Assembly (NCBI GenBank): GCA_002010065.2
Contig: MTMD02000008.1
Coordinates: forward strand, 320,001 to 384,000
Reading direction: 5' to 3'
DNA length: 64,000 nt
Source: Candidatus Pyrohabitans jungbluthii
GTDB taxonomy: Archaea; Hydrothermarchaeota; Hydrothermarchaeia; Hydrothermarchaeales; BMS3B
Part shown: positions 37,640 to 47,045 of the stretch, piece after piece
Numbering within the stretch: position 1 is the first letter of the stretch
Layout of the letters: every line of letters starts with the position of its first letter
Notes under the pieces: generated by a model
The model's database searches: none
Told to the model about the DNA's origin: nothing
Seen by the model: only the letters and a program-made list of their open reading frames with translations
Program-made: the position numbers and the translations under genes

Positions 37640-40600
37640 TCATTCCACCTCCCGTATCGAAATCCTGAACTCCTTGCCCTCTATTTTCCAGACCTTTTCG
37701 TAACCTTCATGGGTAAGCTGCGTGGCTATCTCAAGCTGCTTGGAGCGAGTCTCCCTCGCGATGTACTCGCGCTGTGCTTCCAAGTAATCCACGATTTCCT
37801 CATCGCCAACGCTCACCTTTGTGGAGATATAGGCCTCCACCGCTAAATCAAGCTCCTTGCGCATCTCCTGTATCCTGCGTACCACCTCGCGAGCGTAGCC
37901 GAGTTCCAGAATCTCTCTCGTCTTCGTGGCGTCTATGTATACAACGCCGTGGTCGAAGCTGGCAGAAGCCATATTCTCAGGCAGGCGCTTCTTAAACTCC
38001 ACATGCTTCTCCTTTATAAGTACCTCCTCACCCTTTACCGTAAGCGGGTAGCCCTTTTCTATACCAGCGTGGAGCTTCCTCGCGTCCTCCCTCCTAATCG
38101 CCTCAGCCACATCCTTGGCCAAGCCCTTAAACTCAGGACCCAGCGTGGCGAAATTCGGCTCCGCTACCAGCTCTACCTCAGCAGGCTCTTCCCCTGGCGG
38201 GAGAATCACCAGCTCCATAGCGTTGCCCTGCCTCTTTATGAGCTCCTCCAGATGCTTCGCAGCCTTAGCTGCCCTATCATCAATGGGAGAGAATATTAGC
38301 CTCAGCACCGGCCATCGCCGTTTTACGCCCAGCTTTTCCCTTGCGCTGGCAGTAGCCTCCACTACGCCCCGAGCTACAAGCATGTCCTCCTCAAGCTCTT
38401 TATCGATGTACTCCTCATGAGGCGAGGGGAACTTTTCGAGGTGAACGCTGTCCTCGCCTATCCCGAGGCTCGCCACGAGGTTTTGATAAATCTCCTCGCT
38501 CACGTGTGGCGCTATTGGTGCAAGAAGCTTCGCAAGGTGGCACAGAACGCGATAGAGCACCGAGTAGGCTGCGATTTTATCAATGCTCTCCTTCTCCACC
38601 CAGGTGCGCGGTCTCACAAGCGTAATGTACCACCTGCTCAAGTCCTCGACTATAAACTCATTCAGAGCGCGGGTTGCCTTGTACAGGTGCAGCGTATCAA
38701 AGGCTTCAGAAACCTCCTTAATCACAGAGTTCAGCTTGGAGAGAATCCACTTATCCTCGCTGCGGCAGTGCTTTCGCAGGTTAGGGGGAACCTTCTCTGG
38801 CGTAAACCCATCGAGGCTCATATAGGTGGTAGCAAAAACGTAGACGTTCCACAGGATGTTGAACATCTTCGATACAACCTTCACCTCTTCCCAGTTGAAG
38901 CGCAGATCCTCCCAAGGCTTGTTTGCCCACAGCACGTAAAAGCGAAGGATGTCAGCGGAGAAGCGCTCTATAACCTCCTCCGGCGTAACAACATTGCCCA
39001 GGCTCTTGCTCATCTTCTCCCCTTTCTCGTCGAGGGTGAAGCCATGCATCAGTACCCGCCTGTAAGGCACCTCGTCAAAGGCGAGCAAACCGCAGCCCAG
39101 CTGGGAGTAGAACCATCCGCGAGTCTGGTCATGCCCCTCTGTTATAAAGTCCACAGGGTAAAGGGAGCGGAAGGGTTCTTCCTTTGCCGGGTAGCCCAGT
39201 GACGCCCAGCCGGCGACGCCTGAGTCGAACCAAACGTCGAGCACATCGCTAACGCGACGCTTCTCGCCCCCGCACTCGCAAGCGAAGCTCACATCCACGT
39301 AGGGGCGGTGAAGCTCCTTCACCTTGCCCGCCTTTGCCTCCAGCTCAGCCTTTGAGGCGATAACCTCCATGCTTCCGCAGCTATCACACACCCACACCGG
39401 CAAAGGGATACCCCAGTAGCGCTGCCTTGAGATGGTCCAGTCCTTTGCATTTGAAATCCAGTCCTTAAAGCGGGCGCTGCCCGCCCACTCGGGAATCCAC
39501 TCAACGCGCTCTATCTCGCTGAGCATCTTCTCTTTAAGCTTTGTAATCGCAATAAACCACTGCTCTGTGGCGCGGTAGATTATGGGCGACTTGCAACGCC
39601 AGCAGTGACCGTAGCGGTGGGTGATGTGCTCCGCCTTAAGCAGAGCCCCCTTCTTGCTTAAATCCTGGATGATTACCTTGTCATCCTTCTTTGTTTTATA
39701 TCCTGCGTATTTGCCAGCTATTTCAGTAAATCTGCCCTCCTCGTCCACAGGGCAGATCGCAGGTATACCATAGCGCTTCGCTGCCTCGAAGTCCTCGGGA
39801 CCATGCCCAGGAGCGCAGTGCACTAAACCTGTGCCCTCGCCCAGGGTTACGAAATCTGCCAGAATAACCCTGTAAGCGTTCTCCGGAGCCTCCACCTTTA
39901 TGTAGTCCTTCAGCGGGTTCTCGTACTGCAAGCCTTCAAGCTCTCTACCCTTGAACTCCTCTAACACCTCGTAGCTGAGCCCGAACTTGTCTTCAAGAAG
40001 GTGCACCAGCTCTTTTGCTATTATGAGCTTCCCCTGAGAAGTTTTCACCTTAACGTAGTCGAAATCGGGGTGAACCACAACCGCGAGATTGCCTACCAGC
40101 GTCCAAGGCGTAGTTGTCCAGATGAGCAGGTATTCGTTCTCAGCACCAACGACTGGAAACTTCACATAAATGCTCGGGTCGGTGCGCTCCGCATACTCTA
40201 TCTCAGCGTCAGCAAGCGCAGTCTCACAGCGCGGGCACCACGTTACGACGCGCAGGTCTCGAGTGAGGAGGCCCTTTTCGTGCGCTCGCTTTATCGTCCA
40301 CCAGGCTGACTCGATGTAGTCATCCTTCAGCGTCATGTATGGCTCATCCCAGTCCATCCACACGCCTAGACGCTTAAACTGGGAGGTCATTATTTCCACG
40401 TGGCGCAGAGCCCAGTTTCTGCAAGCCTCGATGAAGGCTTCGACGTTCTCCTCAATCTCCCGCTTGTTCTTTATGCCCATCTCCTTCTCTACCTTCACTT
40501 CGATGGGCAGGCCGTGACAATCCCAGCCAGGCTGGCGGCGCACATTATAGCCGCGCATCGCCAGGTAGCGCAGTATCGCATCCTTCATTATCTTATTCCA

Positions 40601-40777
40601 AGCGGTGCCGAGATGAATCGCTCCGCTCGCATAGGGAGGACCGTCCAGGAAGTAGTACGCAGGCTTATCCCTTAGCGCCTCCTTGCTCTTTTCATAAACC
40701 TTATGCTCCTTCCAGAACTTCTGAACCTTCTCCTCCAGCTTTTTCAGGTCGATGTTTCGCGGTGCCGGCGCTATCAT
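37640..40777 (-). CDS. ileS: isoleucine--tRNA ligase
   Basis: DGPPYASGAIHLGT, GWDCHGLP, WTTTPWTL, DQTRGWF, KMSKS. Confidence 0.98.
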   Translation of the reverse strand: MIAPAPRNIDLKKLEEKVQKFWKEHKVYEKSKEALRDKPAYYFLDGPPYASGAIHLGTAWNKIMKDAILRYLAMRGYNVRRQPGWDCHGLPIEVKVEKEMGIKNKREIEENVEAFIEACRNWALRHVEIMTSQFKRLGVWMDWDEPYMTLKDDYIESAWWTIKRAHEKGLLTRDLRVVTWCPRCETALADAEIEYAERTDPSIYVKFPVVGAENEYLLIWTTTPWTLVGNLAVVVHPDFDYVKVKTSQGKLIIAKELVHLLEDKFGLSYEVLEEFKGRELEGLQYENPLKDYIKVEAPENAYRVILADFVTLGEGTGLVHCAPGHGPEDFEAAKRYGIPAICPVDEEGRFTEIAGKYAGYKTKKDDKVIIQDLSKKGALLKAEHITHRYGHCWRCKSPIIYRATEQWFIAITKLKEKMLSEIERVEWIPEWAGSARFKDWISNAKDWTISRQRYWGIPLPVWVCDSCGSMEVIASKAELEAKAGKVKELHRPYVDVSFACECGGEKRRVSDVLDVWFDSGVAGWASLGYPAKEEPFRSLYPVDFITEGHDQTRGWFYSQLGCGLLAFDEVPYRRVLMHGFTLDEKGEKMSKSLGNVVTPEEVIERFSADILRFYVLWANKPWEDLRFNWEEVKVVSKMFNILWNVYVFATTYMSLDGFTPEKVPPNLRKHCRSEDKWILSKLNSVIKEVSEAFDTLHLYKATRALNEFIVEDLSRWYITLVRPRTWVEKESIDKIAAYSVLYRVLCHLAKLLAPIAPHVSEEIYQNLVASLGIGEDSVHLEKFPSPHEEYIDKELEEDMLVARGVVEATASAREKLGVKRRWPVLRLIFSPIDDRAAKAAKHLEELIKRQGNAMELVILPPGEEPAEVELVAEPNFATLGPEFKGLAKDVAEAIRREDARKLHAGIEKGYPLTVKGEEVLIKEKHVEFKKRLPENMASASFDHGVVYIDATKTREILELGYAREVVRRIQEMRKELDLAVEAYISTKVSVGDEEIVDYLEAQREYIARETRSKQLEIATQLTHEGYEKVWKIEGKEFRISIREVE

Positions 40778-40839
40778 GAGGATCCCTCGCTATCTTAAAG
40801 AGGTTATTTTATTAAGGCTGGGAGGATATAAAGGTTAGC

Positions 40840-41226
40840 GTGGGAGAGCCGAAAAATGCTAAAGGAAAGGTCGAGCAAGCGCTCATGCTCCTCGCCAGCG
40901 TTGAGGCTGAGAGCATAAGTGTTAAAGAGGCAGTGGAGATTGTGGAGCTTGTCACCGCCGTGCCTGAGCTCGTGAGGAGAACAATTGCCATAGCTGAGGA
41001 AAGGGGCATTGTCAAAAGAGAGGGTGGCAGGCTGGTAATAAGGGAAAGAGTCGTTGGGACAAAGGGGCATGGTGTCCAGGTTAAGCGCCGAGAATGCAAT
41101 GCTCAATGCATGCGCTGTGGACGGAGGATTTCCACATGCTTCTTCCTTATCGTCGCTGAGTCTGAATTTGGCCCCTTCGGTAGCGAATGTATAAAGAGGC
41201 TCAGGCTAGGAACGCAAAGGTTATAA
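40840..41226 (+). CDS. conserved archaeal protein (wHTH plus CxxC...GxxC zinc site; DUF5830-like)
   Basis: ISVKEAVEIVELVT, CMRCGRRIS, FGPFGSECI. Confidence 0.7.
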   Translation: MGEPKNAKGKVEQALMLLASVEAESISVKEAVEIVELVTAVPELVRRTIAIAEERGIVKREGGRLVIRERVVGTKGHGVQVKRRECNAQCMRCGRRISTCFFLIVAESEFGPFGSECIKRLRLGTQRL

Positions 41227-41262
41227 GGACATGCACGTTATGAATATCAATCAGGTGCTGCT

Positions 41263-42459
41263 ATGCGTTTAAATGCAGAAGAACTTGAGAAAAGGGGAAA
41301 GCTGGTAAAGAAGGATGAGCGCTATGAGGTCTACGACATAGAGATGGAAGACCTAGTGCTCTCCCTCACAAAGCTCTTCCCTGGCAAAGCCACGTCTGGA
41401 CACTACCACGAGGATAGCGAGGAGGTGTACTACTTCCTGAGTGGTAGGGGCAAGATAAAGCTAGGCGAGGAAGTGCACGAAGCTCAGGCTGGGGACATAT
41501 TCACAGTGCCCAAGGACACCTTCCATCAGGTTATCAACACTGGCGATGATGTGTTAAAGTTTATAGCTGTATTTGAAAAGTATGAAGGGCGGGGGACGAA
41601 GCTCAAGGCGATAATTCCCGCGGCTGGACACGGAACGCGCTTCCTTCCAATAACCAAAGCTCAGCCAAAGGAGATGCTTCCGGTTTTTGATAAACCTGTG
41701 ATTCAGTATGTGGTTGAAGAGGCTCTGGACGCGGGCATCGACAACATTTTAATAATCACAGGCAGGGGTAAGCGCGCCATCGAGGACCACTTCGACCGCT
41801 CACCTGAGCTGGAGCAGTTCCTCGAAAAGGCAGGGAAGCTGGAGTACCTTGAAGAGATAAGAAAAATCAGCGAGCTTGCAAACATAACCTACATACGCCA
41901 GAAGGAGGCTCTTGGTCTTGGGCATGCGGTGCTCCAGGCGCGAGAGTTTGTGGGCAACGCCTACTTCGCGGTGCTCCTGGGAGACGTTATAACAAAGCCC
42001 GCGTGCATAAGGGATATGCTGGAGGTGCACAAGCGCTACAGAGCCAGCGTAATTGCCCTGCAGGAAGTGCCCAAGCAGGAAGTTAGCAAGTACGGCGTCG
42101 CTGAGCTGGGCAAGAGCCTGGGAGAAGGAGTGTATGAACTAACTGATGTGATAGAGAAACCCTCACCCGAAGAAGCGCCCTCCAATCTCGCCATCACTGG
42201 CAGGTACATCCTGAGCAGTAAAATTTTCACCTACCTTGCACAGGGTGAGCGAGGCTATGGTGGCGAGATTCAGCTCACCGACGCGATCAGGAAGCTAATC
42301 CAAGATGGAGAGCGCGTGGTAGGTTACATCTACCCAGGCAAAGTCTTCGACATAGGAAACAAGCTGGACTGGATTAAGAGCACCATAATGCTCAGCCTGG
42401 AGAGTGAGTTCAGGGAAGAGATAGAGAGGTTTCTCAGAGAGCTTGGCTACGCCCACTGA
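41263..42459 (+). CDS. galU: N-terminal cupin fused to UTP--glucose-1-phosphate uridylyltransferase
   Basis: Cupin GHYH...EVY...VP...H; GalU AIIPAAGHGTRFLPITKAQPKEMLP, GLGHAV, EKP, GEIQLTDA. Confidence 0.9.
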   Translation: MRLNAEELEKRGKLVKKDERYEVYDIEMEDLVLSLTKLFPGKATSGHYHEDSEEVYYFLSGRGKIKLGEEVHEAQAGDIFTVPKDTFHQVINTGDDVLKFIAVFEKYEGRGTKLKAIIPAAGHGTRFLPITKAQPKEMLPVFDKPVIQYVVEEALDAGIDNILIITGRGKRAIEDHFDRSPELEQFLEKAGKLEYLEEIRKISELANITYIRQKEALGLGHAVLQAREFVGNAYFAVLLGDVITKPACIRDMLEVHKRYRASVIALQEVPKQEVSKYGVAELGKSLGEGVYELTDVIEKPSPEEAPSNLAITGRYILSSKIFTYLAQGERGYGGEIQLTDAIRKLIQDGERVVGYIYPGKVFDIGNKLDWIKSTIMLSLESEFREEIERFLRELGYAH

Positions 42460-42682
42460 TTTTGACACCATACTCAGCACTTATGTAAATCTGTATTCTG
42501 TAAATAGGAGGTATTGTAAACATTAATACACAATATTTATATATCATTAATTGTTAATAATTATTTCCATAGGATGCATAGGAAGCAAAGGTGACAAATA
42601 AGGGAAGTGGTGGGTGTGAGAGTGGTGTTGCCCTGCAGGGGGGAAAGCGGTGCAATTTCTCCGGGGAAACTTCTGGTGTAAG

Positions 42683-42697
42683 TTTCGAAAGCTGAAA
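42683..42697 (+). promoter_or_regulatory. palindromic box TTTCGAAAGCTGAAA
   Basis: 7-bp spacer, then TTTATG; upstream of the 42760-44335 operon. Confidence 0.7.
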
Positions 42698-42759
42698 AGC
42701 AAAGTTTATGTAAGCTCCTATAGTAGGAATTACTTAACAAATAAAAGGGGGAGTGGGTC

Positions 42760-42999
42760 ATGAAGTCATCTCTTCGCTGTCCAAAGTGCGGAAGTTTAAA
42801 TGTAGAGAAAGGACATCAAGAAGTATTTCCCAGCACTTTTATGAAAGATACTAAATATTCGCTGATAAAGGCTCTTACAAGCTCCAAAGAATTTGAAATA
42901 TACGCCTGCATGGATTGTGGATACGCCGAATGGTATATCCAGGAGAAGTACCTTGAGGATGGAAACCGGGCAAAGGCTGTTGCAAGTTCCAGAGCCTAG
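42760..42999 (+). CDS. zinc-ribbon small protein
   Basis: CPKCG...CMDCGYAEWY. Confidence 0.8.
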   Translation: MKSSLRCPKCGSLNVEKGHQEVFPSTFMKDTKYSLIKALTSSKEFEIYACMDCGYAEWYIQEKYLEDGNRAKAVASSRA

Positions 43000-43016
43000 A
43001 TTTCCAACTCCTTCAG

Positions 43017-43970
43017 ATGAAGGAGGTTATAGGCGTGAGAAGAGCCAGGAATACAAAGAAGAATGGGCCAATTTACATCTTCAACGACTTCTACGACAGG
43101 GGCAATGACCTTTATCTCTACGACTCAAAGGAGGAGCGGCGTTACTACGTGACCAAATCCTTCTTTCAAGCGGGTATAGATAAAAATAAGCTCTGCATTT
43201 ATGCATTTCCCAGGAAACAGGATAGATTCCAGTTCAAGAGCTTTTCTGGTGATGCTTTTCGTGAAATAGAGCTCATAAGAGGGAATATAAAGATGCTAAA
43301 AGGGAGGGACCTAGAAGCATTTTATTCTGATTTTGAGGAGCTCAAGGATTATGCAAAAGATAATGGATATGAGGGCATCCACCTGAAAATCGACTTCGGC
43401 AAAGTTAGAGATGATATAATCGACGAAGTTATCGAGCTTGAAAAAAAGCTTCATAATTCCACGAATGGCATTCCCGTAGCCTCAATAAGCTCATACAACA
43501 TGAATTTTCTCAACCAGGATGCTGTTAACAGCCTCACAAAGCTTCATGACAGGGTGATGATAACCACCGAAAAAGGGGAAACTTCAATAGCATTTTTCCA
43601 GCAGCCAAAAGCAAGACCGGTGCACATCCCGAGAATTGAGGTTATTTCTTCGAAAATGATGGAGCAGATCGTCAAGAAGTCTCTCCAGATTATAATTCTA
43701 TCCCTCCTGAAGCAGCAGCCCATGTGCGGGTTTGACATAATCAAGAGCCTGGTGCACAACTTCAATGTGCTTCTCAGCCAGGGCACGGTGTATCCAATTC
43801 TGTACTCGCTGGAAAAGGAGGGATACCTCAAGACGGTTATAAAGTCGGATAACAAGACAAAGCTTTATGTGCCCACAGAGATGGCCCATGAGTACATAGA
43901 GCGCCAGATACGAGAGTATATCCAAGCTCAGGAGAAGATACTCGCCCTTATCGCGAGGGGATTGAAATGA
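43017..43970 (+). CDS. MEDS-like sensor domain fused to PadR-family wHTH regulator
   Basis: N-terminal FFQAGIDKNKLCIY...IELEKKL...LH pattern; C-terminal IILSLL...GFDII...LSQGTVYPILYSLEKEG. Confidence 0.8.
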   Translation: MKEVIGVRRARNTKKNGPIYIFNDFYDRGNDLYLYDSKEERRYYVTKSFFQAGIDKNKLCIYAFPRKQDRFQFKSFSGDAFREIELIRGNIKMLKGRDLEAFYSDFEELKDYAKDNGYEGIHLKIDFGKVRDDIIDEVIELEKKLHNSTNGIPVASISSYNMNFLNQDAVNSLTKLHDRVMITTEKGETSIAFFQQPKARPVHIPRIEVISSKMMEQIVKKSLQIIILSLLKQQPMCGFDIIKSLVHNFNVLLSQGTVYPILYSLEKEGYLKTVIKSDNKTKLYVPTEMAHEYIERQIREYIQAQEKILALIARGLK

Positions 43971-44335
43971 AGATAATGGTCGTGGACGACGATGATATAA
44001 TCATCGAAGCCATGAAGAATATCCTCACGCCTGAAGGGTTCACAGTCATTGGGGCGAGAAGCGGTGAGGAGTGTCTGCGCATACTTGAAAGGGAGAAACC
44101 AGACTACATCTTTATAGATATCCAGATGCCAGGTATGGACGGTTGGGAAACCCTGCGGGAGATCAAGAAGAGGGAGGAACTTCGCCACATTCCCATTGCA
44201 ATGCTCACCGCCCAGCCTCTGACAAAGGAAACCCTGAAAAAGGACGACATCTACGCGCTTGTGGATTACGTGGTCAAGCCCTTCACTAAGAGGGATATAA
44301 CAGAGACCCTGAAGCAGGCGCTCGTGCTCGTCTGA
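43967..44335 (+). CDS. stand-alone response regulator receiver
   Basis: VVDDD, DIQMPGMDG, MLTA, KPF. Confidence 0.93.
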   Translation: MKIMVVDDDDIIIEAMKNILTPEGFTVIGARSGEECLRILEREKPDYIFIDIQMPGMDGWETLREIKKREELRHIPIAMLTAQPLTKETLKKDDIYALVDYVVKPFTKRDITETLKQALVLV

Positions 44336-44726
44336 GGCACTCAGATTTTTTCATGCTTTTTCGTCGTCAAAGTTGAGATTTGGCTTCTCGTGCTCGGAGA
44401 GTTGTTATAAAGCCGAGATGTTTGATGTTCCACCACGCGGTGTCTTTTACTTCTATTTTTGGTCTCTATATTTATCATGCTGAGCCTCTAAAAGAGATCC
44501 ACTATCCTGGGTGTCTTTAGCTAACCGTTTCTGTGCTTAATTTTCAGTGAGGCTCCAGAACTTTTTGTTGTGTGAGTTTAGAATTACCAAGAGGGGAGTA
44601 TGGAGCTTGTGAGCAGGCGTCTCGGCTAGCAGAGAGCGCCGCAACAAAAATCAGAAGGAACAGAATAATCCGGTGCTAACCAGCGGGAGAAAGCCACAGG
44701 GTTTAGATTGGATGCGGACGACGGGT

Positions 44727-45386
44727 TCACACCCAATTTCTAACGAAGATGGAGCGAATCCCGCTGGGCGAAACCCTGGTGATTTCGCTCATTGTTCCGC
44801 CCACTGGCAGGATTGTTATTGTGAACTCCTTGTTTCCCTCAAGCGGATATGCTCTGTTGTTGGCCTCTATCCAGAAGTGCAGCTCTACATATTCCCCCTT
44901 CTCAAGCACATTGTTGTGGTTCTGCTCAAACACAGGCACCACGTAAAAATCAGCCACCCCGTTCGCTATACCAGAACTGCTGTTTGTGCTGTTCTCCGCG
45001 AGGCTCAAGTCGTTAGTAATGGTCGCGTTATGCCTTATCCCGCTTATGTATACATCTCCGGAGTAGTAGTTTAAAATTATATCGTCATAGCGTATTTCAG
45101 AGCTTCCCGGCGCAAGGGTTACCAGGATTATGAGCTTTGTTATGTTTGGTCCGCCGTTGTTCCAAGTTTCGTTGGCGTAGGCGTAACCGGTTAAGTCCAC
45201 TATCTTAACATTGGTGGAGACCTCCTTCGTCGCCTCCTCGCCGGTAGACCTTGCCTTTGATTGAAGCGTGCCCGTAGTTTTAAGGAGCACGCCTGCAGTG
45301 ATTGCAGCCACCATTACCATTGCTATGAATACTATAAGCGTTCCAATACCAATCTGCGCACGGTTGTTCATTGAAATCGCCGGCAC
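44727..45386 (-). CDS. arlB: archaellin
   Basis: Class III signal RA/QIGIGTLIVFIAMVMVAAITAGVLL; start may instead be ATG 45371. Confidence 0.92.
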   Translation of the reverse strand: MPAISMNNRAQIGIGTLIVFIAMVMVAAITAGVLLKTTGTLQSKARSTGEEATKEVSTNVKIVDLTGYAYANETWNNGGPNITKLIILVTLAPGSSEIRYDDIILNYYSGDVYISGIRHNATITNDLSLAENSTNSSSGIANGVADFYVVPVFEQNHNNVLEKGEYVELHFWIEANNRAYPLEGNKEFTITILPVGGTMSEITRVSPSGIRSIFVRNWV

Positions 45387-45441
45387 TTTAATTTTTATTC
45401 CCCCGTTTTAATCTGGTAGAGTATATTATATAAACATTTTT

Positions 45442-45456
45442 TTTCTTATTCTGAAA
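45442..45456 (-). promoter_or_regulatory. palindromic box (minus strand TTTCAGAATAAGAAA)
   Basis: 7-bp spacer, then TTTATATA; upstream of archaellin 44727-45386. Confidence 0.7.
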
Positions 45457-45461
45457 ATTGG

Positions 45462-45902
45462 CTAGGTGTTAAAGTAATATTCATCCCACACATCCATTTT
45501 TACCAGAGCTTTGATGACGTAGCGCCCTGAGGGAAGTGCGGTTATATTTGCTTCAAGAACCTCATTAGGATCCCACAGGGAATTTTGAAGGTTTGTGCTC
45601 CTGTTAACTATCCGCGTGCCCAGAATGTTCACTCTCTCCCCGTTGAGGAAGAGCATCAAGCTATCTTTAGTGAGTATCGTGCTCCCAGCGTTCAGGATGT
45701 AAACCGACGTGTTGTCGCTTCCGGGATAAACATGAATCACCTTTATCTCAGTGTTTAGCCTCTCTGATATAAGATGGGACTTCTGGGAAATTCCTGTTTT
45801 GACCGCCTGAGAAGCTTCGCTAACCACACCTGCCACGCCAGCAGCAATTATGACTGCAGCGATGAAGAAAATTGCATGCGCTGCCGTGGTACTGAATCCC
45901 AT
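45462..45902 (-). CDS. archaellum accessory protein, ArlF/ArlG family
   Basis: MGFSTTAAHAIFFIAAVIIAA N-terminal TM; YILNAGS; LWDPNE. Confidence 0.8.
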   Translation of the reverse strand: MGFSTTAAHAIFFIAAVIIAAGVAGVVSEASQAVKTGISQKSHLISERLNTEIKVIHVYPGSDNTSVYILNAGSTILTKDSLMLFLNGERVNILGTRIVNRSTNLQNSLWDPNEVLEANITALPSGRYVIKALVKMDVWDEYYFNT

Positions 45903-45903
45903 C

Positions 45904-46350
45904 TCAGCTGCCACCTTTAAACCTGTAATAGGGGGTCCAGAGGTTCCTGTTGAGCACTGCAACGTAGTTCCAGCCCTGTATAAGGCTGGCTGTGAGGTTT
46001 ATCTCGATTATCTCATTCAGACCCCACAGCTCGTTTCCGCGTGGGTTTATCACCTCTATCGAAGAAGGTTCAACCCACTCCCCGTTTATCCTCACTTTAC
46101 TCTGGTCGGGGTCCAGAGCCACGCTTCCCACATTTTCCACATAGATGGAGAGGTTATTCCCCTCGGTATTCACATGCACCACCTTTATGCCTCCCACAAG
46201 CTTCTCCTCAAGCTCTGACTTTTTTGCCAGCGCATTGCTTTCCATGTGGGATACCTGCTGGTTCAGCACACCCACCAGACTTGCTGCCACCACCACCACG
46301 CCTATGAAGAGAATGACCGAGGGCAGGGATTCAGACACTGCTAATCCCAC
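45904..46350 (-). CDS. arlG: archaellum accessory protein ArlG-like
   Basis: VILFIGVVVVAASL TM; IYVENVGS; WGLNE. Confidence 0.75.
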   Translation of the reverse strand: MGLAVSESLPSVILFIGVVVVAASLVGVLNQQVSHMESNALAKKSELEEKLVGGIKVVHVNTEGNNLSIYVENVGSVALDPDQSKVRINGEWVEPSSIEVINPRGNELWGLNEIIEINLTASLIQGWNYVAVLNRNLWTPYYRFKGGS

Positions 46351-47045
46351 CCGTAGTTGTAGTTATCCGCAGGCAGAGTGTGCGCATGAGGCAGAGCCTC
46401 ACCCACGCGGTATTCATCCCAGACGCCGTTCTTCACAATCACCTTGACGCTGCTCTGCACACTGCGCTGGGTGGTTATCTCTACCACATCCCCAGGTCTC
46501 CAGTAGAAGCTGGGAGAGGTATTCGTAGCCACAAACTTGCCGGTTGCAATGGTTATGTTGAACCACCCCACTATACCATAAAGCTGATCAGGAGCCGGTG
46601 TGGAGGGGTTGTATACCTGGGTGTCGTCCTGGGTTGTTAGAGTTAAGGAGGGGTTTGCGCTGCTGTCGTGATATGCACCCTTAACCAAGTAGGTCTTGTT
46701 AACATAGCTCACCTGGAAGTAGCCTAGGGCGCTCACAGTATACGCATCGCTCTCGAGCCATGCGCCATCTATAACCAGAGACACATAGTCAGGGTCTAAA
46801 GTGGTGCTTCCTGTGTTCTCCACATAGATTAAAGTATTTCCTCCGCTTTCGGTTATATTCACTATCTCTATTTTGGTGCTCAGCACCTCCAGGTCTCGCT
46901 TTGACTGCTCCTTTATATTCTCGGCAAGCGTGGTCAGGTAGCTCTCGCCAGCGCTTAAAAGCTCCACCGCTGCAGTTATGCCTGCCATGAAAATTATAAG
47001 AAAGGCCGCAGCGGTGGCAAATCCCAACCCACCACCCCCTATCAC
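46341..47045 (-). CDS. arlF: archaellum accessory protein ArlF-like
   Basis: GFATAAAFLIIF TM; VENTGSTTL, LVIDG, YWRPGD, VKNG. Confidence 0.75.
   Translation of the reverse strand: MIGGGGLGFATAAAFLIIFMAGITAAVELLSAGESYLTTLAENIKEQSKRDLEVLSTKIEIVNITESGGNTLIYVENTGSTTLDPDYVSLVIDGAWLESDAYTVSALGYFQVSYVNKTYLVKGAYHDSSANPSLTLTTQDDTQVYNPSTPAPDQLYGIVGWFNITIATGKFVATNTSPSFYWRPGDVVEITTQRSVQSSVKVIVKNGVWDEYRVGEALPHAHTLPADNYNYGWD

Noticed and set aside
42481-42530. EarA-type TACATA sites
   Set aside because: Only one exact match in an AT-rich tract; no clusters at archaellin promoters
42595-42680. Cobalamin-riboswitch-like GGGAAAGCGGTGCAAT
   Set aside because: Downstream pairing and the B12 box are missing; downstream genes are unrelated
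44336-44726. Long intergenic region, possible pseudogene or IS remnant
   Set aside because: No recognisable reading frame, terminal repeats or stable structure found by eye
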